NCBI GenBank assembly: GCA_021463645.1
Contig: JAJTYI010000009.1
Coordinates: 255,269 to 300,756 of the forward strand
Direction: 5' to 3'
Length of the DNA: 45,488 bases
Origin: a bacterium
GTDB lineage: Bacteria > Patescibacteriota > Dojkabacteria > B142 > OLB20
Shown here one piece after another: positions 45,178 to 45,488 of the stretch. How positions within the stretch are numbered: position 1 is the first letter of the stretch; each line of letters opens with the position of its first letter. The notes under the pieces are model-generated. The model was not told the DNA's origin. It made no database searches and saw nothing but the letters and a program-made list of their open reading frames with translations. The position numbers were made by a program, and so were the translations under genes.

Positions 45178-45488
45178 TATAATCATGTGAGGGATTAACG
45201 AACCAAACGAAGTGAAGGTGAGTTTACCCGAACATGTCCCGTAAACGAGCGTAGCGAGTTATACGGGACCTAACGTTAAGTTCGCTATAATTTTAGGAGG
45301 TGTTGACGAACACAAGCCATAGGTGATGTGTGAGTCTAACCGAACTTATCCCGTAAACGAGCGCAGCGAGTTGTACGGGATCTAATGTAGTGTTCTGTAA
45401 AATCAACCGAGGGGTTAACGAACCAAACGAAGAGCAGGTGAGTTTACCCGAACTTGTCCCGTAAACGAGCACAGCGAGTTATACGGGA
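45178..45488 (+). repeat. Array of three or more ~110-bp double-hairpin units, truncated by the window end
   Basis: Units start GAGG at 45189, 45297 and 45409; TCCCGTAAACGAGCnnAGCGAGTTRTACGGGA at 45237, 45349 and 45457. Confidence 0.92.

Noticed and set aside
45268-45281. Integron attC-like core sites (ACCTAAC / GTTAAGT)
   Set aside because: The two heptamers are directly adjacent, occur in only one unit, and there are no cassette ORFs or integron integrase.
45189-45488. CRISPR array (32-bp palindromic repeat, three copies)
   Set aside because: The ~78-bp intervening segments are homologous to each other and covary as hairpins, the repeats vary internally, and no cas genes are in the window.
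1-45488. Alternative genetic code (TGA = Gly) as in Gracilibacteria/Absconditabacteria
   Set aside because: Conserved genes are full length under code 11, and TGA serves as stop for prfA, rplA and others.

Overview
Low-GC, gene-dense chromosomal segment read in genetic code 11. The gene set and divergent sequences suggest a Patescibacteria/CPR-type genome, possibly Dojkabacteria-like (inference only). Coding content is mostly housekeeping: efp, dnaB, rpmE-prfA-prmC, an S41 protease, rpsF-ssb-rpsR, ychF, a beta-CASP RNase, cca, dnaX-ybaB-recR, rpsU, rseP, frr-tsf-rpsB, topA-dprA, mreBCD-mrdA, rpmG-secE-nusG-rplKAJL and a second mreB. There is a small accessory patch (IMPase-like, NUDIX, GT2 with an LPXTG-like micropeptide, GIY-YIG) and a 7TM plus ATP-grasp/aspartyl-protease pair. 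The striking content is non-coding. All six intact tRNA genes (Leu-CAA, Thr-GGT, Ala-CGC, Tyr-GTA, Thr-TGT, Trp-CCA) are flanked by a family of short covarying hairpin cassettes, and five have adjacent partial copies of themselves interrupted by these hairpins. The extreme case is a three-level nested locus at 36169-36526: an intact tRNA-Thr(TGT) sits, via 10-bp inverted repeats, in the anticodon-arm position of a second tRNA shell, which sits the same way inside a third. The same hairpin family forms a ~110-bp-period array with a -10 box per unit at the window end, and has entered the L10 leader. A probable 6S RNA lies at 31191-31345.
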